DNA from: Thermoanaerobaculia bacterium | Lineage (GTDB): Bacteria > Acidobacteriota > Thermoanaerobaculia > Multivoradales > JBCCEF01 | DNA length: 64,000 nt | Assembly: GCA_036259255.1 (NCBI GenBank) | Contig: DATACC010000207.1 | Span: 2,644 to 66,643 of the forward strand | Direction of reading: 5' to 3' | Shown here: positions 54,422 through 61,812 of the stretch, piece by piece | Layout: each line of letters opens with the position of its first letter | How positions within the stretch are numbered: the first letter of the stretch is position 1 | Notes under the pieces: generated by a model | The model's input: only the letters and a program-made list of their open reading frames with translations | Database searches by the model: none | Told to the model about the DNA's origin: nothing | Translations under genes and position numbers: made by a program

Positions 54422-56965
54422 ATGGCTCCGACCCACCGCAGGTTCCCGCGCTCCGCCCCGGCCGCCCTCGCCGCCGCCCTGCTCACCGCCACCCTGCTCG
54501 GCACCGCCTGCGCCTCGGCGCCCGCGGCTTTCGAGCCGGCGCCGAGCGCGCCGCCGGCGCCCAGCCCGCTGGCGCCGCCGCTGCCGTCCCTCGAGGACGC
54601 GGTGCGCGGCCTGGAGCACCGCGGCGGGCTGCTCGACCTGTGGGTCGACCGCCAGCGCGGCAAGGTCTGGCTCGAGGTGCCGGCGGTGCCCGAAGGCGCC
54701 CCGCGCGGCGAGGTGGCGCGCCTGCTCTACGTCGAGGGGCTGCTCACCGGCCTCGGCTCCAACCCGGTCGGGCTCGACCGCGGGCAACTCGGCGAGACCC
54801 GGCTGGTAGCGCTGCGCCGCGTCGGCGGCCGCTTGCTGATCGAGGCGCCGAACCTGCGCTTCCGGGCGCTGTCGGAGGACCCCGGCGAGGTGGCGGCGGT
54901 GCGCGAGTCGTTCGCCCCGTCGGTGCTGTGGGGCGGCGACGTGGCGGCGCTGGCGCCCGACGGGCGGGCGCTGGTGGACTTCACCCCGTTCCTGCTGCGC
55001 GACGCCCACGGCGTGGTCGCCCGGTTGCGCGACACCGGCCAGGGTGCCTACTCGCTGGACGCCTCGCGCAGCGCCGTCGACCTCGAACAGGTGCTCGCCT
55101 TCCCGGAGAACCTGGAGCTCGAGGCGGTGCTCACCTACGCGCCGTCCGGCCCCCCGGGCGAGCTGGTGGCGGCCACGGCGCCGGCCCCGGAAAGCTTCCA
55201 GGTGGTGCAGCACCACTCGTTCCTGGCGCTCCCGGACCCCGGCTACGAGCCGCGGCCCTTCGACCCCCGCGCCGGCTCCTTCGCGGTGAGCTTCGCCGAC
55301 TACTCGGCGCCGCTGGCCGAATCGATCGAGAAGCGCTGGATCGTGCGCCACCGCCTCGAGAAGCAGGACCCGGCGGCGGAGCGCTCGCCGGCCGTCGAGC
55401 CGCTCGTCTACTACGTCGACCGCGGCACCCCCGAGCCGGTGCGCAGCGCCCTCGTCGAGGGTGCCTCGTGGTGGGCCGAGGCCTTCGCGGCGGCCGGCTT
55501 CGAGGACGCCTTCCGGGTGGAGCTGCTGCCCGAGGGCGTCCACCCCCTCGACGCGCGCTACAACGTGATCCAGTGGGTCCACCGCTCCACCCGCGGCTGG
55601 TCCTACGGCGGCGGTGTAGCCGACCCGCGCACCGGCGAGATGATCAAGGGCCACGTCACCCTGGGCTCGCTGCGGGTGCGCCAGGACCGGCTGATCTTCG
55701 AGGGCCTGCTCGGCACCGGCGCCACCGGCAGCGGCACGGCCGCCGACCCGGTGGAGCTGGCGCTGGCCCGCATCCGCCAGCTCGCCGCCCACGAGGTGGG
55801 CCACACCCTCGGCCTGGCCCACAACTTCGCCGCCAGCAGCTACGGCCGCGCCTCGGTGATGGACTACCCGGCGCCCCGCGTGGAGGTGGGGCCGGACGGC
55901 GCGCTCGACGTCTCCGCCGCCTACGACCGCGGTCTCGGCGCCTGGGACGTGCACGCCATCCGCTACGCCTACGCCGAGCCGCCGCCGGGCGTCGATCGCC
56001 AGCGGTTCCTCGACGCCCTCGCCGCCGAGGGCGTGGCCCAGGGGATGGTGTTCCTCACCGATCAGGACGCCCGCTCCCCGGGCGCCGCCCAGCCGCTGGC
56101 CAGCCTGTGGGACGACTGGGAAGACCCGATGGCGGGGCTGGACAAGGCGGTCGCCGTGCGCCGGGTGGCGCTGGAGGGCTTCGGTGCCGACCGCGTGGCC
56201 GCGGGCCAGGAGCTCTCGCGGCTGCGCGAGGTGCTGGTGCCGATCTACCTGTTCCACCGCTACCAGCTCGACGCGGCGGCCAAGGCGGTGGGCGGCGTGC
56301 TCTACCACTACGCCCGCCGCGGCGACCCGGCGCCGGAGGCCCGGCCGGTGCCCGCCGCCGACCAGCGCCGGGCCCTCGACGCCCTCCTCGCCACTCTCGA
56401 GCCCGAGTTCCTCGACCTCCCGGACGCGACGCTGGCGCTGCTGCTGCCGCTGGCCTTCGGCCACGATCCCAGCCCGGAGCTGTTCGCCTCCCAGACCGGC
56501 GAGGTATTCGACGCGCTGGGCGCCGCCGCCACCGCCGCCGGGATGACGGTCTCCGCGCTGCTCCAGCCGCCGCGCGCCGCCCGCCTGGTCGACCAGCACC
56601 GCCGCGACCCGGCGCTGCCCGGCCTCGAGGAGGTGCTCGATGCCCTGGTGACGACCACCTTCGGCGCCGAGGCGACCTCCCCGCGCCACGCCGAGCTGGT
56701 GCGCACGGTGGAGACGGTGACGGTGCAGGGCCTGCTCGACCTCGCCGCCGACCCGGCCGCCCCTCCCGCGGTGCGCGCCCGGACCGAGGCGGCTCTCGCC
56801 GACCTCCAGGACCGCCTGGAGCGCCAGCCGCGGCCGAGCGACGCCGAGCGCGCCCACCGCGCCTGGCTGGCCCGCGAGATCGCTCGCTGGCTCGGCCGCG
56901 AGCGCGAGGTCACCGCTCCGCTCCCGCAGCCGCCGGAGCCGCCGCCGGGCAGCCCCATCGGGTAG
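54422..56965 (+). CDS. Large zinc-dependent metalloprotease (zincin, DUF4953/DUF5117-like), probable lipoprotein
   Basis: 847 aa. The lipobox-like signal is AALLTATLLGTAC. The zinc site reads AHEVGHTLGLAHNF....SVMDY (HExxHxxGxxH). Confidence 0.85.
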   Translation: MAPTHRRFPRSAPAALAAALLTATLLGTACASAPAAFEPAPSAPPAPSPLAPPLPSLEDAVRGLEHRGGLLDLWVDRQRGKVWLEVPAVPEGAPRGEVARLLYVEGLLTGLGSNPVGLDRGQLGETRLVALRRVGGRLLIEAPNLRFRALSEDPGEVAAVRESFAPSVLWGGDVAALAPDGRALVDFTPFLLRDAHGVVARLRDTGQGAYSLDASRSAVDLEQVLAFPENLELEAVLTYAPSGPPGELVAATAPAPESFQVVQHHSFLALPDPGYEPRPFDPRAGSFAVSFADYSAPLAESIEKRWIVRHRLEKQDPAAERSPAVEPLVYYVDRGTPEPVRSALVEGASWWAEAFAAAGFEDAFRVELLPEGVHPLDARYNVIQWVHRSTRGWSYGGGVADPRTGEMIKGHVTLGSLRVRQDRLIFEGLLGTGATGSGTAADPVELALARIRQLAAHEVGHTLGLAHNFAASSYGRASVMDYPAPRVEVGPDGALDVSAAYDRGLGAWDVHAIRYAYAEPPPGVDRQRFLDALAAEGVAQGMVFLTDQDARSPGAAQPLASLWDDWEDPMAGLDKAVAVRRVALEGFGADRVAAGQELSRLREVLVPIYLFHRYQLDAAAKAVGGVLYHYARRGDPAPEARPVPAADQRRALDALLATLEPEFLDLPDATLALLLPLAFGHDPSPELFASQTGEVFDALGAAATAAGMTVSALLQPPRAARLVDQHRRDPALPGLEEVLDALVTTTFGAEATSPRHAELVRTVETVTVQGLLDLAADPAAPPAVRARTEAALADLQDRLERQPRPSDAERAHRAWLAREIARWLGREREVTAPLPQPPEPPPGSPIG

Positions 56966-56968
56966 CGC

Positions 56969-57589
56969 GTGCCCTCCATCTACGACCTCAAGCCGGCGTT
57001 CCAGGCCCTGCTGCGCCCGCTCACCGCCGGCTTCGCCCGCGCCGGCGTGAGCGCCAACCAGGTGACCGTGGCCGCCGTGGTGCTCTCCGCCGCCGCCGGG
57101 GCCGCCGTCGCGCTGGCGCCGGCAGCGCGCTGGCCCCTGCTGCTGCTGCCCGCCGTCCTGCTGGTGCGCATGGGACTCAACGCCGTCGACGGCATGCTCG
57201 CCCGCGAGCACGGCCTGAAGAGCCGCCTGGGAGCGGTGCTCAACGAGCTCGGAGACGTGGTGGCGGACGCGGCGCTCTACCTGCCGCTGGCTCTGGTGCC
57301 CGGGGTTCCGGCCGCGCTGGTGGTGGCGGTGGTCGTCGCCGCCACCTGGAGCGAGATGACCGGCGTCGTCGTCCACACCCTCGGCGCCTCCCGGCGCTAC
57401 GACGGCCCGATGGGCAAGAGCGACCGCGCCTTCGTCTTCGGCGCCCTCGGCCTCGCCCTGGGGCTCGGCGCTCCGGCCGGTGCCTGGCTGGCGGCGACCC
57501 TCGCCCTCGTCGTCCTGCTCACCCTGGGGACGGTGGTCCAGCGTGCCCGGCGCGGCCTGGCCGAGGCGGCGGCGCAGGAGACGGCTTGA
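56969..57589 (+). CDS. CDP-alcohol phosphatidyltransferase family protein (short, YnbA-like)
   Basis: 206 aa from GTG 56969, 3 nt after the protease stop. The motif DG(x)2AR(x)8G(x)3D(x)3D is present as NAVDGMLAREHGLKSRLGAVLNELGDVVAD. Confidence 0.85.
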   Translation: MPSIYDLKPAFQALLRPLTAGFARAGVSANQVTVAAVVLSAAAGAAVALAPAARWPLLLLPAVLLVRMGLNAVDGMLAREHGLKSRLGAVLNELGDVVADAALYLPLALVPGVPAALVVAVVVAATWSEMTGVVVHTLGASRRYDGPMGKSDRAFVFGALGLALGLGAPAGAWLAATLALVVLLTLGTVVQRARRGLAEAAAQETA

Positions 57590-58530
57590 GCTTCGTGCGC
57601 GACGTCTCGCCCACCGTGCTGTGGTCGCTGGCGGGCATCTTCGGGTTGCTGGTGGTCGCCTCGCTGGTGCTGTGGCTCCTCGGGCGCCTCCGGCCCGGGC
57701 TCGACCTCGGCGAGGTGCGCACGCGGGTGAGGAGCTGGTGGGTGATGGCCTGCGTCTTCGCCCTGGCGATGGGGGTGGACCGCGACATCTCGCTGGTCTT
57801 CTTCGCCTTCCTGAGCTTCCTGGCCTTCAAGGAGTACCTGTCGCTCATCCCGACGCGGCATGCCGACCGCAGCGTGCTGCTGCTCGCCTACCTCGCCATC
57901 CCGGTCCAGTACCTGTGGATCGGCATCGCCTGGTACGGCATGTTCATCATCTTCATCCCGGTCTACATGTTCCTGTTCCTGCCGCTACGGATGATCCAGA
58001 TCGGCGAGACGGCCGGTTTCCTGCGCGCCGTCGGCACGCTCCACTGGGGGCTGATGACCACCGTCTTCAGCATCAGCCACGTCGCCTTCCTGCTGGTGCT
58101 GCCGCCGCGGGCCGGTGCCGCCGTCGGGGGCCCGGCGCTGGTGCTCTATCTCGTGGTGCTCACCCAGCTCAACGACGTCGCGCAGTTCCTGTGGGGCAAG
58201 CTGCTGGGGCGGCACAAGGTGGTGCCGAAGGTGAGCCCCGGCAAGACGGTGGAGGGGCTGGTGGGCGGCGTCCTCACCACCCTGGCGCTGGCGGTGGTGC
58301 TGGCCCCCTGGCTCACGCCCTTCGATCCCTGGCACGCGGTGGCGGCGGGGCTCATCCTCGGCATCGGCGGCTTCGTGGGCGACGTGGTGATCTCGGCGCT
58401 GAAGCGCGACCTCGGCATCAAGGACAGCGGCACCCTGCTGCCGGGGCACGGCGGCATCCTCGACCGCATCGACAGCCTCACCTACACGGCGCCGCTGTTC
58501 TTCCACTTCACCTGGTACTACTACTACTGA
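57586..58530 (+). CDS. Phosphatidate cytidylyltransferase (CdsA/YnbB-like)
   Basis: TTG 57586 overlaps the upstream stop; an alternative GTG lies at 57595. Contains SPGKTVEGLVGG and PGHGGILDRIDS. Confidence 0.88.
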   Translation: MSFVRDVSPTVLWSLAGIFGLLVVASLVLWLLGRLRPGLDLGEVRTRVRSWWVMACVFALAMGVDRDISLVFFAFLSFLAFKEYLSLIPTRHADRSVLLLAYLAIPVQYLWIGIAWYGMFIIFIPVYMFLFLPLRMIQIGETAGFLRAVGTLHWGLMTTVFSISHVAFLLVLPPRAGAAVGGPALVLYLVVLTQLNDVAQFLWGKLLGRHKVVPKVSPGKTVEGLVGGVLTTLALAVVLAPWLTPFDPWHAVAAGLILGIGGFVGDVVISALKRDLGIKDSGTLLPGHGGILDRIDSLTYTAPLFFHFTWYYYY

Positions 58531-58545
58531 CGCCGGGCCTCCGCC

Positions 58546-59199
58546 GTGCTGAAGCACCTGTTCTTCTGGCTGGTCGTGCGCCCGGTGGTCTCGGTGGTGC
58601 TGGGCCTCAACGTCCGCCACCGCGAGCGCCTGCCGGCCGCCGGCCCGGCGATCCTGGTGGCGAACCACAACAGCCACCTCGACACCGCCGTGCTGATGAC
58701 GCTGCTCCCCCCGCGCCTGCTCGGCCGCGTGCGGCCGGTGGCGGCGGCGGACTACTTCCTGCGCGGCCGGATCCTGTCGTTCTTCGCGCTGCGCGTGCTC
58801 GGCATCCTGCCCCTCGAGCGCGATCCGGCGCGCCGCCCGCCGGGCGCCGATCCCCTCGACCCGGTCCGGGCCGCCCTCGATGCCGGGGAGATCGTGATCC
58901 TCTTTCCCGAGGGCACCCGCGGCGAGGCGGAGACGCTGGCCGCGTTCAAGAGCGGCATCGGCCATCTCGCCTGCAGCCGGCCGGAGGTGCCGGTGGTGCC
59001 GGTGTTCCTGCACGGGCTGGGCAAGAGCATGCCGAAGGGCGCGTGGATCCCGGTGCCGTTCTTCTGCGACGTGTTCGTCGGCGAGCCGCTGACCGGCAAC
59101 GACCCGCGCTGCGGCGGCGGGTATCGCGCCTTCCTGGAGGAGCTGGGGCGGAGGATGCGGGAGCTGGCGGGCGAGAAGCGGGTGCCGGCGTGGGAGTGA
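58546..59199 (+). CDS. Lysophospholipid / 1-acyl-sn-glycerol-3-phosphate acyltransferase (PlsC-like)
   Basis: 217 aa. Contains the HX4D motif VANHNSHLD and the FPEGTRG motif. Confidence 0.85.
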   Translation: MLKHLFFWLVVRPVVSVVLGLNVRHRERLPAAGPAILVANHNSHLDTAVLMTLLPPRLLGRVRPVAAADYFLRGRILSFFALRVLGILPLERDPARRPPGADPLDPVRAALDAGEIVILFPEGTRGEAETLAAFKSGIGHLACSRPEVPVVPVFLHGLGKSMPKGAWIPVPFFCDVFVGEPLTGNDPRCGGGYRAFLEELGRRMRELAGEKRVPAWE

Positions 59200-59756
59200 G
59201 CCCGGCAACGGAGCGGCGGTGCGCCGACGGGATCGCTGCCGGCTGGGGCCTCGCCGAGGCGACCGTCTTCTTCTTCGTTCCCGACGTTTGGCTCTCGTGG
59301 CTGGCGCTGCGCGCCCCCCGCCACGCCTTCCGGGCCTGCCTCTGGGCGACCGCCGGCGCCGTCGCCGGCGGCGCCGCGATGATCTCCTTCGGCGGCGCGG
59401 AGCCGGCCACCGCCGAGGCGCTGCTCGACGCCGTGCCGGGCATCGGCCCCGGCCTCGTCACCGAAGTCCGCCGGGAGCTGGCGAACCACGGTTTCCTGGC
59501 GCTCTTTCTCGGCCCGCTGCGGGGGGTGCCGTACAAGATCTACGCGGCGGAGGCCGGCGTCCTCGGCCTCTCGCCGGTCGCCTTGCTCGCCTGGACCGTC
59601 CCCGCCCGCCTGCTCCGTTTCCTCGCCGTCACCGCCTTCGCCGCCGTCGTCGCCGCCCTGCCGCCGCTGCGCCGCCGCCCCCGCCTCGCGCGCGTCCTCC
59701 ACCTGCTGGCCTGGAGCGCGTTCTACGCCTTCTACTTCTGGACGATGGGGGTCTGA
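59196..59756 (+). CDS. Small polytopic membrane protein, weakly DedA/YqaA-like
   Basis: GTG 59196 overlaps the upstream stop (GTGA). The 186-aa product has several hydrophobic helices (..[19 protein letters not shown]..). The family assignment is tentative. Confidence 0.55.
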   Translation: MSPATERRCADGIAAGWGLAEATVFFFVPDVWLSWLALRAPRHAFRACLWATAGAVAGGAAMISFGGAEPATAEALLDAVPGIGPGLVTEVRRELANHGFLALFLGPLRGVPYKIYAAEAGVLGLSPVALLAWTVPARLLRFLAVTAFAAVVAALPPLRRRPRLARVLHLLAWSAFYAFYFWTMGV

Positions 59757-60691
59757 GCGGGCGGGAACAGACCCGCCGGCGAGGCGGGGGCTGCCGGTCC
59801 GAGGAGGAAGCGCACGGCGCCGGGCAGCAGCTCCAGCTCCGCGGCGCCGGAGGGGATCGTCTCGCCGTCCACCTCGTAGGGTGGCGCCGGGGCCAGCGGC
59901 TCGATCGCCACCCGGCGGGCGCGGCACCAGCGCACCCAAGGGACCTGCAGGATCGTGCCGGTGAACAGGCGCGGCAGGCGGTAGGGGACCTTCCAGGCGG
60001 GCATCGGAGGGACGAGCACCACGTCGGCCAGCCCGTCGGTGACCGAAGCCTCCGGCGCCACCCGCATGCCCTTGCCGAAGCGCGGGCCGTTGGCGACCGC
60101 CAGCAGCAGCACGCCGCCCTCGTACCAGGGCGCGCCGTCGACCGTCACGCGCACCGGGAAGGGACGGTACTCGGCGAGCGTCGCCAGCGTCGCCGAGACG
60201 TAGACGGTGGCCCGCCGCACGACCCGGCGGTTGACCCGCTCGGCCACCGGCCCGGAGATCCCCGCCGAGGCCACGTTGAGCACCACCCGCCGCTCCGCGC
60301 CACAGGTGATCCGCACCACGTCGAGGGGCGAGGGCGGCGCGGCGAGCGCGTGCTCCAGGGCGCGCCGCGGCTCCCGCGGCAGCGACAGCGTGGTCGCCAG
60401 ATCCGAGCCGGTGCCCGCCGCCACCATCCCCAGCGCCACCTCCCCCTGCCGCCCGGTGGCGAACAGCCGGTTGGCCGCGAGGTGCACGGTGCCGTCGCCG
60501 CCGAGGGCGATCAGCCGCTCGATCCCGGGCGCCGCGAGGGCCGCATCCAGCTTCCCCGCCGCCCCCCGGGCGTCGCCGCCGTCGATCACGACTACCCGTT
60601 CGGCCGGCACCTGGCCGCGCAGTTCCTCCCACACCCGCGCCGCCTTGCCGCTGCCGGCCCGGGGATTCACCAGCACGAGGGTGTCCCGCAT
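59732..60691 (-). CDS. Diacylglycerol-kinase-family lipid kinase (YegS/DAGK catalytic domain)
   Basis: 319 aa. Contains LVLVNPRAGSGKA and LIALGGDGTVH. Its 3' end overlaps the convergent membrane-protein gene by 25 nt. Confidence 0.85.
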   Translation of the reverse strand: MRDTLVLVNPRAGSGKAARVWEELRGQVPAERVVVIDGGDARGAAGKLDAALAAPGIERLIALGGDGTVHLAANRLFATGRQGEVALGMVAAGTGSDLATTLSLPREPRRALEHALAAPPSPLDVVRITCGAERRVVLNVASAGISGPVAERVNRRVVRRATVYVSATLATLAEYRPFPVRVTVDGAPWYEGGVLLLAVANGPRFGKGMRVAPEASVTDGLADVVLVPPMPAWKVPYRLPRLFTGTILQVPWVRWCRARRVAIEPLAPAPPYEVDGETIPSGAAELELLPGAVRFLLGPAAPASPAGLFPPAQTPIVQK

Positions 60692-60722
60692 CTGGCGACG
60701 AAGTGTAGCGGAGAGTCCGCCC

Positions 60723-60917
60723 CTACCGCTCCCGGCCCGCGGGCAAGCCCTGCGGATCGATCTCCTCGATGGCGGCCTCGATGCGACCGCGGCGGTTGCC
60801 GGGGTCGGGGTGGGTGCTCAGGAACTCGGGCTGGCCGCCGCCGCCGGCCTGCTCGAGGACGTTCATCACCTCGATCAGGGCCCGCGGGTCGTAGCCCGAC
60901 TCGGACAGGAACCGCAC
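60723..60917 (-). pseudogene. C-terminal remnant of an M48-family (Ste24/BepA-like) metallopeptidase, lacking the HExxH region
   Basis: The 64-aa ORF reads ..SGYDPRALIEVMNVLEQAGGGGQPEFLSTHPDPGNRRGRIEAAI. This resembles only the conserved C-terminal end of M48 peptidases. The 20 nt upstream run straight into the intact rsmD gene, so there is no room for the catalytic domain. Confidence 0.55.
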
Positions 60918-60936
60918 CCGCGGTCGGGCGCGGGAC

Positions 60937-61488
60937 TCAGGGCGCGCCGGGGCCGTGGCGGTAGAAGGACAGCGAGCTCTCGCCGTAGCGGCGGTGGTCG
61001 ACGCGCACCAAGCCCGCCACCTCCTCCGGCGGCTGCCGCCGGGAGGCGTGCTCCAGAGCCAGCTCGCCGCCTCCGGCGAGCAGCGGCGACGCGGCGGCCA
61101 ACAACGCGCCGTAGTCGGGGTAGCGGTAGGGCGGATCGGCGAACACCAGGTCGAAGCGTTCCCCCGCGTCGGCCAGCGCCGTCAACGCCAGCGGCAGCTC
61201 GGCCCGGCGCACCGTCACCACGCCCTCCTCGCCGAAGCGCCGCACCGCCTCCTCGAGGTCCGCCGCCGTGCGCGCCTCCTTCTCGAGAGCCAGCACCGCC
61301 AGCGCCCCGCGGCTCGCCGCCTCGAGCGCCACGGCACCACTGCCGGCGAACAGGTCGAGCAGCCGTCCGCCCTCCACCGGCTCCCGCCACATGGAGAACA
61401 GCGCCTCGCGCACGCGGCCCTCCGTGGGCCGCACGTCGCGCGGCACCCGCAGCACCCGGCCGCGCAGTCGCCCCCCGGAGATGCGCAC
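60937..61488 (-). CDS. rsmD: 16S rRNA (guanine966-N2)-methyltransferase RsmD
   Basis: Starts at GTG 61488 (VRISGGRLRGR, typical of RsmD N-termini); the track ORF extends to 61572. Contains LDLFAGSGAVALEAASRG and FADPPY. Confidence 0.85.
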   Translation of the reverse strand: MRISGGRLRGRVLRVPRDVRPTEGRVREALFSMWREPVEGGRLLDLFAGSGAVALEAASRGALAVLALEKEARTAADLEEAVRRFGEEGVVTVRRAELPLALTALADAGERFDLVFADPPYRYPDYGALLAAASPLLAGGGELALEHASRRQPPEEVAGLVRVDHRRYGESSLSFYRHGPGAP

Positions 61489-61566
61489 GCCGGGCGCCCC
61501 CCGGCCCCTCGTCTGTCTGCCCACGGCAGCCAGTCTAGCCCGGCCCGGGGACGGTGCGCCCGAGCC

Positions 61567-61594
61567 TTGCAATTCGCGCAGACTCTGGTATCCT
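61567..61594 (+). promoter_or_regulatory. Candidate promoter for the multicopper-oxidase gene: TTGCAA-16 nt-TGGTATCCT (extended -10-like)
   Basis: TTGCAA lies at 61567-61572 and TATCCT at 61589-61594, preceded by TG. It would give a leader of about 210 nt before ATG 61813. Confidence 0.3.
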
Positions 61595-61812
61595 GAATGT
61601 CTGTATTCCTTCGAGTGACTTCGATTCGCTGGTGAGCAAGGTTCCGAGGCGCCGCGGGCGCCGGGCCGCCGGTCCCTCCTGCTTCGCGTGCTTCAGCGCG
61701 GCAAGGCTCCGCGAAACCTCTCGGCAAGGCGATTCCGCCGGGTCCTCCCGGCGCTCTGATGAACGTGCCGCCATCGGCCCCGGCCGGCGCGCGGCCCCTC
61801 GAGAGGACCGCC

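Noticed and set aside
54640-57585. The N-terminal ~980 aa of the 1296-aa plus ORF 54640..58530, and the 989-aa minus ORF 54407..57376.
   Set aside because: They are out of frame or antisense to the zincin metalloprotease and the CDP-alcohol transferase. Only the last ~314 codons (the CdsA-like gene) are real.
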